Position numbers and translations under genes: made by a program. DNA of 64,000 nucleotides, from positions 11,718,001-11,782,000 of the forward strand of contig CM119383.1 of the NCBI GenBank assembly GCA_051294905.1. Reading direction: 5' to 3'. Each line of letters begins with the position of its first letter. Position 1 is the stretch's first letter. The DNA is from Botryllus schlosseri. Lineage: Eukaryota. The notes below the pieces were generated by a model, which did no database searches, had not been told where the DNA came from, and saw only the letters and a list, made by a program, of their open reading frames with translations. Shown in pieces: positions 39,298-52,000 of the stretch.

Positions 39298-39786
39298 ATG
39301 GTTAACTGGGCAGCAGTAGCAGCAACATCTCTCCCGTTTGTTGGAGGTTTTGCTGGCAGCATAGCTACACAGAAAGAAGTCAAAGACTGGTACAAGACTA
39401 TCAAGAAGCCTAGTTGGACACCACCAAACTGGGTATTTGGGCCAGTTTGGTCAGGCTTATATGCTGGAATGGGATATGCTTCCTTCCGTGTCTATGATAG
39501 CCTTGGAGGATTCAATGAGAAGAGTCTGGTGCCTCTTGGACTTTACGGTAGCCAACTTGCTCTAAACTGGGCATGGTCGCCAATCTTTTTTGGTATGCAT
39601 AGTTTGAAATGGGGATTGGTGGAAATTCTAGCTCTTGACGCAGCGGCGATAGCGACAGCTGTTGCCTTTTATAAAGAGGACAAAGTAGCTGGACTGCTGT
39701 TTGTGCCATATTTGATGTGGTTGAGTTTGGCTTCATCACTTACAGCGTGGATATGGAAGAACAATAGTGAAGATAAAAAGGAATAA
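39298..39786 (+). CDS. TSPO: Translocator protein (TspO/MBR family), intronless CDS
   Basis: Single ORF with five hydrophobic segments and the motifs WYKTIKKPSWTPPNWVFGPVWSGLY, QLALNWAWSPIFFG and LFVPYLMW. ATG at 39298 follows an acceptor-like site (ttttcattttaatag) ending at 39286. Confidence 0.96.
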   Translation: MVNWAAVAATSLPFVGGFAGSIATQKEVKDWYKTIKKPSWTPPNWVFGPVWSGLYAGMGYASFRVYDSLGGFNEKSLVPLGLYGSQLALNWAWSPIFFGMHSLKWGLVEILALDAAAIATAVAFYKEDKVAGLLFVPYLMWLSLASSLTAWIWKNNSEDKKE

Positions 39787-40295
39787 CTTCTTATTGAAAT
39801 GGATATATTGGAATGGATTGTACAAAAATATTGTATTGCAAATAGTAACATTTAGTTAAATTCCTTAACTGCCATTTATGTGTCCACAGTAGTGGAAGAT
39901 CAAATAACATGAATTAACATCTACTGACACTGTTTTCAGTTCGCACCTCAGGTCAAGATCATAACTGGATGAAGTAATCTCATGCGACTACCTTGTGGTT
40001 TGAAAGTATTTCTACGGAATGATAATCTGAGATTCTGAGTACATGATTTCGTAATATACACAATATGATGTGGTATGCTATTTGACGCTTGACTAAATAA
40101 TCTCGCAAGATAATTCATGTACAGTGCATTGATTCAGCTTCACCATTCCACCAATGTTTCTTGCGATGTCTTTTGATCATGTTATTGTCAGTGTTGTTTC
40201 AAGTACCCTTGATGGACATATATTGAATTTGTGCCATGACTAGTATTTTTCATATCTGTAATAGCTTGCGTAATCAATGTGTTTGTCAAATTTGA

Positions 40296-41693
40296 ATGCA
40301 GACATTTAAAGCCTGGTATAATATCATGCCTAGTTCCGATGAGGAAGAGTTGAAAAATGTAGAGATTACCAAAGCACGAAAGATATTATCTTGGAGGCCA
40401 TGTTCTCGCGCTCAACAGCTTCCCTCCAAAGGCGGTCCAAAATTTTTTGGTCATACAGGAGCTGGTTTTGAAATTCAAAAAGTTAACGATCAGTTGAAGC
40501 AGTACGATAACGTACTGTATTCACTGAAGGTTCGAAAGTCGTCGAAATTAGGAAGAGCGGAATGGTTGGGAGAATACGGATTAGCCAAAGTTATAAAACA
40601 GGCAAAATTTATTCAAACTATGGGGCATCATGAAAAGGGATTTTTTGCGCTTTACCCGGAAGAAGCACTGTTTTTGTTAGACATAGGGGACATAGAATTG
40701 ACACTCATCGATATTCCATTATCGCTACAAGAAGCTTTCTCAGTCACTCTAGCTGAAAACAACAATTGCACGTTAGATGATTTCACAACGTTCTCAAATC
40801 TGGTCAAGCGTGGCTACATCGTTAGAAGACATGGAATTCCATTGGCCAAGGCCAAAACAAAGAAACACAGACACCCATCAGACGGTCAAACACCAAGCAC
40901 ATCTAAGCATCCAAAATTAGATGGCACAATTGACATAACGCGTGATGCAGCATCAGATGAGCAAATGGACTGTACTACATCAAACAAACAACGTGATTTC
41001 CGAAATTGGTTTATCGGCAATCCTGAATACAAGATATCACCAGCCAGTAACCTTTCACATGCACAGCAGAAAGCGGCCGATCAACCTGAGGTTAAGTTTC
41101 CAAACATGGTTGACAGAACAAACAGTGTTTTACCTGCTCCACCTCGAGACTTGCTACCAGCTGGCATTCCATCCCAAGAACACTGTATACATGATACATG
41201 GTTTCAAAGAATTGAACGGGACAATAGGTCCAATTTGAAAGCGCATCACTCTCACAGAAGCGTTGCCCAGAAAGCGAAGAACTGGTCCGAGTATAAAGCA
41301 TTGCGATTGGAGGAACGAAGTATGTTACAAGACGTGGTCAACTCATGGGAGGTTAAACCGTTGCTGCTACCCGGAACTTGTTCTGTAAGCGAAGGGCTCC
41401 AGAAAATCCGAGGAAGTGTGCCCCCTGCGACACGAAGTAGAGCAGGGGCCTGCAATTTCAAACTACGATTCAACGTATATGAAGCGGGAACTGCTCCTTT
41501 TAAAAAATCAAACCCAGGTCCTGCAAGTTTTGTTGTTGTTGTGACTAATGTCCACGCCAAACCACCAACCTCGTACGATATATTACATTTATTGAAAATA
41601 GCCAAGGGCGTACCGTTAAAGTTTGCAGTTGTGGACGACGGAGAAGTCTCATTTTATGAATTTGAAAATGCAAATATACCAATCATTCATTAA
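40296..41693 (+). CDS. TSEN54: tRNA-splicing endonuclease subunit Sen54, intronless CDS
   Basis: 465-aa ORF (alternative start at 40326). N-terminal Sen54 block MGHHEKGFFALYPEEALFLL..LSLQEAF..FSNLVKRGYIVRRH; C-terminal block FNVY..FKKSNPGPASFVV..LKFAVVDDGEVSFYEF. Confidence 0.9.
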   Translation: MQTFKAWYNIMPSSDEEELKNVEITKARKILSWRPCSRAQQLPSKGGPKFFGHTGAGFEIQKVNDQLKQYDNVLYSLKVRKSSKLGRAEWLGEYGLAKVIKQAKFIQTMGHHEKGFFALYPEEALFLLDIGDIELTLIDIPLSLQEAFSVTLAENNNCTLDDFTTFSNLVKRGYIVRRHGIPLAKAKTKKHRHPSDGQTPSTSKHPKLDGTIDITRDAASDEQMDCTTSNKQRDFRNWFIGNPEYKISPASNLSHAQQKAADQPEVKFPNMVDRTNSVLPAPPRDLLPAGIPSQEHCIHDTWFQRIERDNRSNLKAHHSHRSVAQKAKNWSEYKALRLEERSMLQDVVNSWEVKPLLLPGTCSVSEGLQKIRGSVPPATRSRAGACNFKLRFNVYEAGTAPFKKSNPGPASFVVVVTNVHAKPPTSYDILHLLKIAKGVPLKFAVVDDGEVSFYEFENANIPIIH

Positions 41694-41982
41694 AAATCTT
41701 CAAGTGACTGAATAAGCTTGAGATGCATCCAATTTTTTACCCAACACAACTTGACTAGGGTAGTCAACTTACACATACTTTACCAAATATACCAGTTTAA
41801 AATCATCAAGTGTTGTGGGTTTACTGCTGAGGTCAGCACATATAGAGTTATAAAAGCACAGGTGTCCTGATGTACCGCAAGGAATTACTATAATGGTCCA
41901 CTACATACATAATGTTCGCAACATAGTGATGATAGCCTCTCAACAGAGGTGGGATACTTCATGCGAGTAATGCTGGGAACGC

Positions 41983-42510
41983 TCAAGATTCTATGCCAAA
42001 CTTATCAAAATTTCTCAGTATAATGCTTAGCTGAACGTGGACTTTGCCCATCGCCGTTGTGTGTAGCTTATATCGATCAGCTCCACTGTATATCAAATCT
42101 GGATTTTTCAGTTGCAGGCATCCTCCCACAAAATACTGCATCAGCTCCTCTTTCAATGTACCATTTGGTTTCCATGTGGTACATTCAATCGAATGTAGCC
42201 CGGGAGATGACGGTATGTGTGCAAAACCATACGCGTAAAGTTCATTTCTGCCAAATCCGTCTTGGTGCCATACTTGTACATGAAGTCTCGGCCAACCTTG
42301 AAGTCCTTTTGTAGCGTAATGAAGATCTATCGGGTGACACCAAGCCGCGAATTCTTCGTTTTGAGGATTATCGACTTGTGTTTGGCCCTCTTTATTTCCG
42401 GCAAGAAGTTTCCATGCCCCACCAGCGTGAATCCCCCACTTACAGAATAATCGATGGTCTGGAAATTCGCTGCCGCCAGACAATTGTCCGATCACATGCA
42501 CCTCGGCCAT
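41983..42510 (-). CDS. B9D2: B9 domain-containing protein 2 (ciliary transition-zone MKS module), intronless CDS
   Basis: 175-aa ORF starting MAEVHVIGQ, with [45 protein letters not shown] and ending NFDKFGIES; length and motifs match B9D2. Confidence 0.97.
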   Translation of the reverse strand: MAEVHVIGQLSGGSEFPDHRLFCKWGIHAGGAWKLLAGNKEGQTQVDNPQNEEFAAWCHPIDLHYATKGLQGWPRLHVQVWHQDGFGRNELYAYGFAHIPSSPGLHSIECTTWKPNGTLKEELMQYFVGGCLQLKNPDLIYSGADRYKLHTTAMGKVHVQLSIILRNFDKFGIES

Positions 42511-43080
42511 TGACCAATTTGCCTGCGTTTATCTAAAAGGAATACAACTCATCACAGACAGAAGTGCGCTGGATACGCAAGTCAAGTCAACAACAAAATA
42601 GTAACCAAAACTACTCGAGCGTTTATCTTAATTCTAGCTGTTCATTGAGTTAACCCTAAACTATGCAGTTACGTTTATTGATGCAGAGACTGCGATGCGA
42701 ATATAGCCATCTTGGAGCGTGTGAGAGTCATAATTCGATAATTAAAGTTATAAAACTAAAATATGTCGATTGCAAGCATATTTTAATAGGTTTATATTAA
42801 TACAACGTTCAAAAATTGCGTTCATAAAAGTATGCATCAATGAGCAAGATGTGCACGGGTTAAAAATTCATTCATTGCTGATCCAAATTTATTCGTGGTG
42901 GTTGGCATTTATAGATTATTCATCAATAATCCTATTCCATATATTCTGTGCGGTTATAATCTCAAGTGTGATCGTCGAAAATGTAGAATTGGAATTCAAA
43001 TCTAGGAGTATCAGTTTCATGCGTGCGCTGTGCATAATGCTCTTATTATGATTCAAAACAGATCGTTATATGTTAGTATA

Positions 43081-46000
43081 ATGAGGTCTGTACCAGTATG
43101 GGTGGATCGTGTTTTGGATAGGGGACAGCAAGGACAATGGTAAGATGTTACATTAAGCAATAAACTTCCATAGATCATGCTATGTTCCGAGTAGAAATAC
43201 GCAATGACACTTAGGGCTATAGTATAGCCAATATACTGCTTATACCGGTACCAGGCGACAGTCATTTTCATAACGTTTACATATATATTATTTCGCACAG
43301 CATCTATGATGTGACATTCAAGCCTGATGGGTCTCAATTGATCGTAGCAGCTGGTCAGAAAGTCCTAGTCTATGATGCACAAGACGGAACTCTCGAAGAA
43401 CCTTTGAAAGGACACAAGGACTCGGTTTTCACTGTTGATTATTCTCCAGATGGTATAAATCGTTAAACTAACTATTTAGTAATTGCACCAGGCTCCTGCT
43501 ATCATTTTTTCAACTTCTTAGATTCCAAGCTAGAATTTCTAGTCTTGTATGTCACTGTCACCTAGATAGGCCAACAATGAGAAGCCTATGAATCTCTCGG
43601 ACATAAACATCATTAAAGAGACGAACCCAGTCATTCTAAACACACATAGGTCTCATACAGTGGATATCGCATTGCAGCAGTGCATCTTTGCATCGCTACA
43701 CATTTCACTATATCAAAATCCAAAGTTGATCTGTAGTTATTGATGATAATCTAGTACAAGTATAGGTAATTCCATAAATTTCTGCCCAATTACAAGTAAA
43801 AGTATCGATTTTCATGACAAGATTACTTGGAGGGGAAGTAGTGATCAAAAGGTCTAAAATTCACTCAAATATTTTGAATCAGTAGAGTCTAGATTGGGAT
43901 GAAACTTTTGTTTGTTCATTGCCAATGACAGCTGTCGAAATTGCGAGATGCACTTTTGCGTCAAATGTTAAATGAGTAATAATGACGCCACAAAGTGGTT
44001 TCATTTTTGAAATTATATTCTATTGCCATTGTGCAGGAGCTACATTACACATTCTTTATGACAATTTCATTCATATGAAAGTCATGAATATTCATCCAAA
44101 TTTTCTACTTGACAAAACCTAAAACGGCTTCAAGGTCTTATGAATATAAAGTGGAAATAGTCATCGACAACAACCAGTCTCATCAAACGTATATGTGTTG
44201 TCTGCACTTATAGGCCTTCTAATATGACCGCTTGAATTAGTACTAGATAATTATCCAGTAACATTTTGGCCATTGTAAACAGGGAAACGTTTTGCTTCTG
44301 GATCTGCAGATAAGAACGTCATAATATGGAATGAAGCGCACGCTGCGATCTTGAAGTACCTGTGAGTATTACAAGCTGCAACAATTATCTACTTCGAATT
44401 TTGTAGAGAATTCTATCAATTGATGTTCGTCATAATTGGTTTGGGCTACAAATTGACACTTCAGATTGAACTTTAGAGTACAATCGTAAATGGATGCAAC
44501 AGATTTTCATAAATGATACTTTTATTTTTAGGCACAACGATGCTATCCAGGCTGTGGCATATAGCCCAGTGTCACAACAACTGGTTTCTTGCGCTATTTC
44601 GGATTTTGGTAAGCTTTTATTCTGTTCCTGAAATGTTATGAAATCACTGCCACCGCCAGTATTGCATGCAAATTGGAACACATAGATCGACAATCGTAGC
44701 TTGTTTTGGTTCCTGAAGTCCCTTGTCAAAGCATTTTTGTTTATCCAGTTTTAAATATTACTGCTGATGAAGTTTGATCCGGCGAATAATTTGAATAATT
44801 TCGCTGTTGTTACCCGCAGCATACAATCATGCTTGATACCGTGAACTTAATTTCACAGGCATTTGGGCACCGGACCAGAAGACTGTTAACAAACATAAAG
44901 TCAGCAGCAGAATCACATGCATAAGGTAGCCTGTCAGTTGGTAATACAGACTTGTTGCAGTTTTGGTGACTTTTACCTAGTAACTTACACTGGCAACCTG
45001 GTTTAAAGTTGCTCTAAGTGTCTATGACAATAATAGATCAGTCCAATCTTTTCAATACACTTTCTAGGCATGTTTGATTAATGTTGAGTTATCTCATTAC
45101 CGTGAAGACATCTTGGAACAAAAATGGGCAATGAAAGTGGCGGAATGAATTTTTTATCCCAAAATTTTGTATTTACAAGCATTGTGATGCCGTCATTGCT
45201 AATGTATATTATCGTGTTGAATATTCTCACATCGTTGACAACAAAATCAGAGGTAATGGAATTCTATTAGCATAACAACTGAGCTATGGTGACTGCGCTA
45301 TTCAATAACACTCTTGACTAATGTACATTTGTACGTCCCCGTTCATTTTATTTCCAAACTCTACTCCAAGTTTTCAGTACTTTTGTAAGGTTGCAGTTTT
45401 CAACAATTCATTTTAATTAAAACATTCAATTGAGACATTCAAGTGCATTTTTAGCTGGACGAACGATGGGCAATACTTTGCTATCGGGTTATTCAACGGC
45501 ATAATCAGTATCAGAAGTAAACTGGGAGAAGAGAAAGTGAAAATCGAACGGCCTGGCGGTACATTGAATCCGATTTGGACTCTGCAATGGAACCCTAACA
45601 AGTATGTACTAAGCTACTAACAAAAATTGTTCTGTGCTGTTAAACTTATTTTTTACACAGGGAAGATTTCGACGTCCTCACGGTCGGAGATTGGGGAAAA
45701 TCATTGTCGTTTTACCGGTTGAATGGGAAGCAGGTATGTATTTTATATGTTCGATATGTTTTCTGCAATTTTCAGCCTCCCTCCCCCCGCGGAAGGTTGG
45801 GCGCATCCCTCGAGCAAGACCAACAACTACACAATTATAATCTGCTGGCATTATCAAATTTTTTCTTCTGGACATCATGTCACTAATTGCAATAAGTAGG
45901 AGTTGAGTGGTCTGGTAATATTATTTCTTCGCTATGTATTTAAATAATATTTTTATATCTACAGTATTGCTTCCTTTTCTTGTTATTTCTGAAATTATGA

Positions 46001-49000
46001 ACAATACTCGTCATGCAAAATACTCATCTCATTCCAAAAACATGGTTGCGGCCGTACGGGTCAGTTGGAATTCACTAAACTACTACATCCACTGTATCGA
46101 CCATGCTGACATAATTAGCAGTCGGCCTATAGCTTAGTATTTTCTATATAATTGGTTTTACGGCGCTCCTTGATTGCTGGTTATATTACAGTGGTGTAAT
46201 GATTAGATCGTGTTTTCAAAATAGCAATATTAAAATTTTGCAAATTTGCCAAATATTTTTACATTTTTCATTATGTCAATATTAGACTGCCATGCATATG
46301 AAGGTAGGTTTTGACAAATTGAACTACTGACTCCAATGGTCCTGATTTCAGACTACTTCTACTTCCCAGTTTTCAATTTTTTTAGATACTTTTGTATTTA
46401 GTTGGTTCGCTTTTGACCACATTTGTATACGGCACACATCATTGAATATTCTAAGAAATCGACGCCTCAAATTCAGTATCGTTGACGCTATGATTTATTG
46501 CAGATTGGAAAAGACGTGAAATTAGATTTCGATCCGTGCAAAGTAGGCCATTTCAACAACGGAAAGTACTTGGTCATTGCGGGCTCAAACGGACGCACCG
46601 GACTCTATTCTCGGGACGGTGTCTTTCTTGGACTGGTCACAGAGACAAAAGACAAATGGATGTGGTCCGCCGCGTGGAAGCCTAACTCAAGTCACATTGT
46701 AAGGATTTTGTTATTTCACATTCACGGTTTCTATGCTGTGTTTGTGAGATGCTTACTTACGCTGAATCAAAAATAATCTACCAATTAATCCGTCTACTAT
46801 TCCAGGAGTTGCCTATCCCTACTCGCCTGCCATAGTTGTTCTATGATTAAAACAGACATAATCAAGCGACGAATACTGATAGCTCTGAGGACAAGCGGTT
46901 GCTTGTATCTTGCCTTTTGACATTGAAATATGCGACGGTGTGCTCTTAAATCCATAATTAACTGCAAAAATATTGACTTGTCTGCTGAAATGTCCGGTAA
47001 AGCCAGAGGTTTTTTGACTTTTGTCCGTCCGAGGCTGAAATTCTACACTCCTGAGCACGATAACGATACGATCTCGATTCAGTAGATTAATTGGCTGTGT
47101 TTTGCAAGTAAATCATCTTGAAAAATAAGCTGTTCTAGAGTTACTTCTTGAAAATCACTACTTGTAATTATAACTGAGTAGAAATTTACAGGAAATTTAC
47201 AGTCCATCTTCTACTTTCCTTTGGATGAGATCAGCGATCGCATTCACCACATTTTTTTCTTCTGTATCTTTCAGGTTAGCGGCTCGCAGGATGGGACCAT
47301 AACTTGTAACAATTTGATATTTTCCACCGTTCACGGGCTGTACCGGGACCGCTACGCGTATCGGCAAAATCTGACCGATTTGGTGGTCCAGCTGCTGTCC
47401 GCCGTGGACGTGGACGACACGTCGAGCGGGTCAAAAATATTTTTGCGCTGTCACGATCTCATCAAGAAGATCTCGATATACAAAGATAAGCTTGCGGTGA
47501 GTGAATTACCATCCTGTACTGTGGTGTAGTTGTTTCTATAGCTATCTCCATGTTCTTGTATAGTATAATGTACTGATTGTACTATCTTGATGCAGAGATT
47601 TGATCCGAAAGTCATTTGTAGATATCGTCTCGTGATATTGCGGTATTTTTATCAAGTACCTTTGAACGACCTTATGCTATATTTATGGAGTTGTGGCGTT
47701 TTAAGGTTCTACTGTTTTAATGGTCTTTGTCATATATTTTGATTGTGTATTTGTTTGTGTGTGTCTGAGAGAGAGAGATTGAGATACAATATCAGTTATC
47801 ATCATGTCATTCGTTCATGATTATATGATTTGCGCATGTAAAAAAGCTAAAAGACTTCTGAATTGCGTTTTATCTCAACCTGGTTTATGATTGATTGATT
47901 GATTGCGTTAGCAAAATTTATTACTTGAGCAATTTGTTCCATAGTATTCGAATATCATCTACAAGGTATGATGTAATTAGATATACAAACTGAGATTTCA
48001 ATTTTGTAAATATGATATGATCACAGCATAAATCTCTCCGAATACACTCAACCAGAAGAACCCTCAAATATGTATTTGCACGCTCTCTATGTTTCATACA
48101 CTGGCCCGGCCGAAGCCTTCGATTTACAAATTAAACATTTCCAAGTCTTGTGTGGAATGGTAATAAAATTCCAATAACCCACGGAGTTGTGATCAGCATT
48201 TCGGTTTTTACATTGGCCCGTGGCTTGACTACCCGTAGAATTCATTAGAAATAGGAATGATATTTCTTCGACCAGCACAGGGGCCAATCTAAATCGGGTA
48301 GCTACTTATTTTCAGGTGCAACTTTCGGACCGTATCGTTGTGTACGAACTCGTCGAAGACCAGAGCATGGCGTTGATGTATCGGCCCAAGCACAAAATCA
48401 TGAAGAAATTCGAATGTAACCTGCTGGTGGTGTGCACCAATCACATCGTTCTCTGCAAGGTAACCTGTTGCGATTTTGTTCTGCGATGTATTTATGAAAT
48501 TGAGTCCACTGATTTAACTCCGCAGGAAGCTACTCTTACGTGCTTGTCGTTTGATGGAGTGAAGCAGCGAGAATGGCTGTTAGATGCAAATATACGATAT
48601 GTGAAAGTCATCGGTGGGCCTAAAGGCCGAGAAGCAATGCTTTTAGGGCTGAAGAACGGACAGGTAGAATCTACCATTTTGTTTTACGATTCAATTTATA
48701 GGCAGCAGACTTGAAAATGTCCAACACCGGTCGTTGATTTGAACTTTATACTGTGACTCAATGAAACGCTTTTCCAGGTTCTACAAATTTTTGTGGACAA
48801 TCCTTTCCCGATAACCCTCCTCAAAATATCGGGGTCGGTCCTGTGTCTCGATCTGAGCATGAGCCGGAATAAGCTGGCCATCGTGAACGAAAACTCGTCG
48901 CTGCTGGTATACGACATCAACACGAAAGAGCTTTTGTTCGAGGTAAGCTCCTGTATGACATGAAGGAGTGCTTCCGACAGGTATTACTGTCCAATTTCGG

Positions 49001-52000
49001 ATTTAAATTTAAAATTTTTCAAGTTAAAAATTCGATTTTGTGTTATATGTGCAATGAAAACTGGGGGTCTGCTTTAGCTAATCTGAGTGATATCATGAAA
49101 ATATCAACAATAATTTAAAAAAAATGATTCAAAGACTGAAAAAAATTAATTCGTTTTCGATGGCGCCTATGGCCTCTCAAAAACGCCCCATGGCTCAAGA
49201 GAACGCGCAAGATAGAAGTCAACCAGTAGAACACCATACGTGATTACACATTTTAACCTGCCCGCATCCAGTAAGTGGTAAATAATGTCCTGATTCATGA
49301 TATTGAAAACTATATGGGCCTGTATCTAAGTAAAGTGGATATAAGAATTTGTCGACACCGATTATTTCTAATTGAAACTAATTCTAGATCTTAACTCAAT
49401 TGGTCCTGTATCCAAATGCAGCGCGTATATTTGCCGTATAAGAGTAATATTATAATACAAACTGGCAAGTCTCCAACATACTTATACCTTTCAGGAGACA
49501 TTAATAGAGTATTTAGTTACAATTTTCACCGAAATCGCAAAATGCAACGAAAACCCACATCAGTTCCGATCGAATGCGTCACATCCTGTGTGTTTCGCGG
49601 CAGGAAAAAGACGCCAACAGCGTGGCGTGGAACAGCCAAAACGAAGACATGCTCTGCTACTCTGGCAAGGGCATGCTGTCCATCAAAGCCCGTGACTTTC
49701 CGCCACACCAGCAGCGCATGCTGGGCTACGTTGTGGGATATTGCGGGTCGCGGATATTTTGCCTCCACGTACACGCGATGAGAGCGGTCGACGTGCCGCA
49801 GTCGGCGCCGATGTACCAGTATTTGGAAAGGAAAATGTACAAGTGAGTGACCTAAATTTGTATTTGTAATATTCAATCCTTGCTTGTGACCTGCCGCAGC
49901 CCACTCCCTCCACAGCATAGAACAGTTACCGGTTATTTCATTGGCAGAAGCGGTCAAAATAGTCATTGTACTGTAGCAGAGGTGCAAGTAACATCATACA
50001 TTTCTACTTGAGTACAAAAAGAAACAATATCACTGTCATAATGAAAGTATTTCAAATGGAAACACTTGAAATTGTAGGGTGCGGCTACGAATATACGTAA
50101 TTTTCGAGAATAATCTCAGCTACTGGCACATGGGGGCTGGGCTCCTGCCCTATTGCCTTGAGCTAGTTTAAAAACTTAATCATTTGAGTAAGTGTTGCAA
50201 CTAGGCAAAACCTACTTGTGTACTCCGAAGAATTAAGTAGGCTGCTTTGTTACTGACTTCCTCTGTCCTCTAACTGTGTTGAAAAAATACGTGCGCCAAC
50301 AAGCCTAGAAAGACCCTGTATGATCTAAATCACCGCTACAAAATTCACCCCTTCGATTTTGACGGATGGTATGTACAGCGAGGCACATCAGATTGCTTGT
50401 CTCGGGGTGACGATGGGCGACTGGAAGAATCTGGCTCACCACGCCCTGGAGGGTTTGAATTTTAAAATCGCAAGAAAAGCTTTCACGCGGACGAAAGATT
50501 TGAGATACTTGGAACTCATACACAACATCGAGGTGAGCGCTTATATTATCGAGTCGTGTGTCCAGATCTATGTTTGTCTCTGACTAAATGACCTTGAGAT
50601 CCAATGTGGAGTGGATTATGTTCGGATTATGTTAGTCATTGACGTTATCCTTGAGTGAGAGCAGATCATTCTAAAAATGCTTGGAAATCTTTGAAAAATG
50701 CTTGAGTAGCTTCAACCACTCCACCACAATCCCATTCTCAATTGCCTGCGTGCCGTAAAACTATCGAAATTAATTTCTACTTGACAATATTTAAACGTGC
50801 TGTATAAGTATCTTATGAATAAATATTGTCCCACAACACAAGCTCTTGGGTATGCAACGTATGTAGCGATTACCTACTTTTCTACTCAATTACGCAACAT
50901 ATACACGGGCGATCGCTATTTGTGACGAATCTGCGATCTACAATTCTGCTTGTGTTGTGTTACCATACCTTGGAAAGCCGGGCTTCTACTTGACTAATTC
51001 TTGGGTAATTTGTTTGTTTGGAATCTTGGCAGGATATGTTATTTGAATAACTGTTTTTAATATCTGACTTCAAACAAGATGTGCCCGTTTCACGTACTTA
51101 TTGGCAATGTTGTTATTTATACCATCCTGTTCTGAAGGCGTTCTCCCGTGCTTCGTTTAGGAACGGCAGAAAAGGGGAGAGGATAACACCGACGCCTTTT
51201 TGGCCGATATATATTCGCATCAAGGGCACTTTTCCGAAGCTGGGAAACTCTACAAGAAGACAGGTTACGATCAAAAAGCTCTGAACATGTACACGGATTT
51301 GAGAATGTTCGAACTGGCAAAGGTAAATGCGAACGAATCGCTAACTTAGGAATACTTACTCACCGGCGTCGATGTACATGCTTGATCCCCTAAAAAAATG
51401 TTGGATATATCTGAATTATTTTTCTACGTTTCATGTTAGAATTTGTTGGGTTTCCCGAGTTTGTTTGCTGAATTAATGGGTATGTGCTTGTACCTTGGTA
51501 ATTATTGCCGTCTGATGTTTTTGATGGCTGAATTCTGTACGTGATCCTCTGTAACATATTTCGACTCCTGACAGGACTTTGTCGGTACTGCTGACCCGGT
51601 CGAGCAAAAGCAATTGATCGCAAAGCAAGCGGACTGGGCCCAAAACACGAACGAACCCCGCGAAGCCGCTAGCATGTATCTTGCCGCTGGGGAAACGCTG
51701 AAGGCAATCAATATCATTGGCAGAAACGGCTGGACCGACATGTAAGTATGGACCGGGTTAAGGATGTACACTGTGCAGCCGTTGTAACTACTGGGCCAGA
51801 TATATATGTGGGGTGAACCGTAGGTTTTCTAGATGTTGCAAGGCTCACGATCTTGTTAAACAATTGGTAGCTGTGATGACGTGACTTATTAATAAACTTC
51901 GATATCATAATGGAATCTTCTTAATGACTTGACCAAGCGTAAATAAGCCTGTTTGGATTGTCGCAAATTTCTTTCGCAGTTTCAATTTGTGATTATGTTC

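Noticed and set aside
30260-43081. SL trans-splicing or operon organisation, suggested by AG acceptors 2-30 nt before most start codons
   Set aside because: Upstream cis donors exist for CDC20 (31510), TSPO (38236) and TTLL7 (31096), and an AG near an ATG is common by chance; 5'UTR introns are sufficient.
49835-50378. atgtaca repeated at both ends of an IFT122 intron (Introner-like TSD)
   Set aside because: A single 7-nt match, no TIRs and no second intron of similar sequence in the window.
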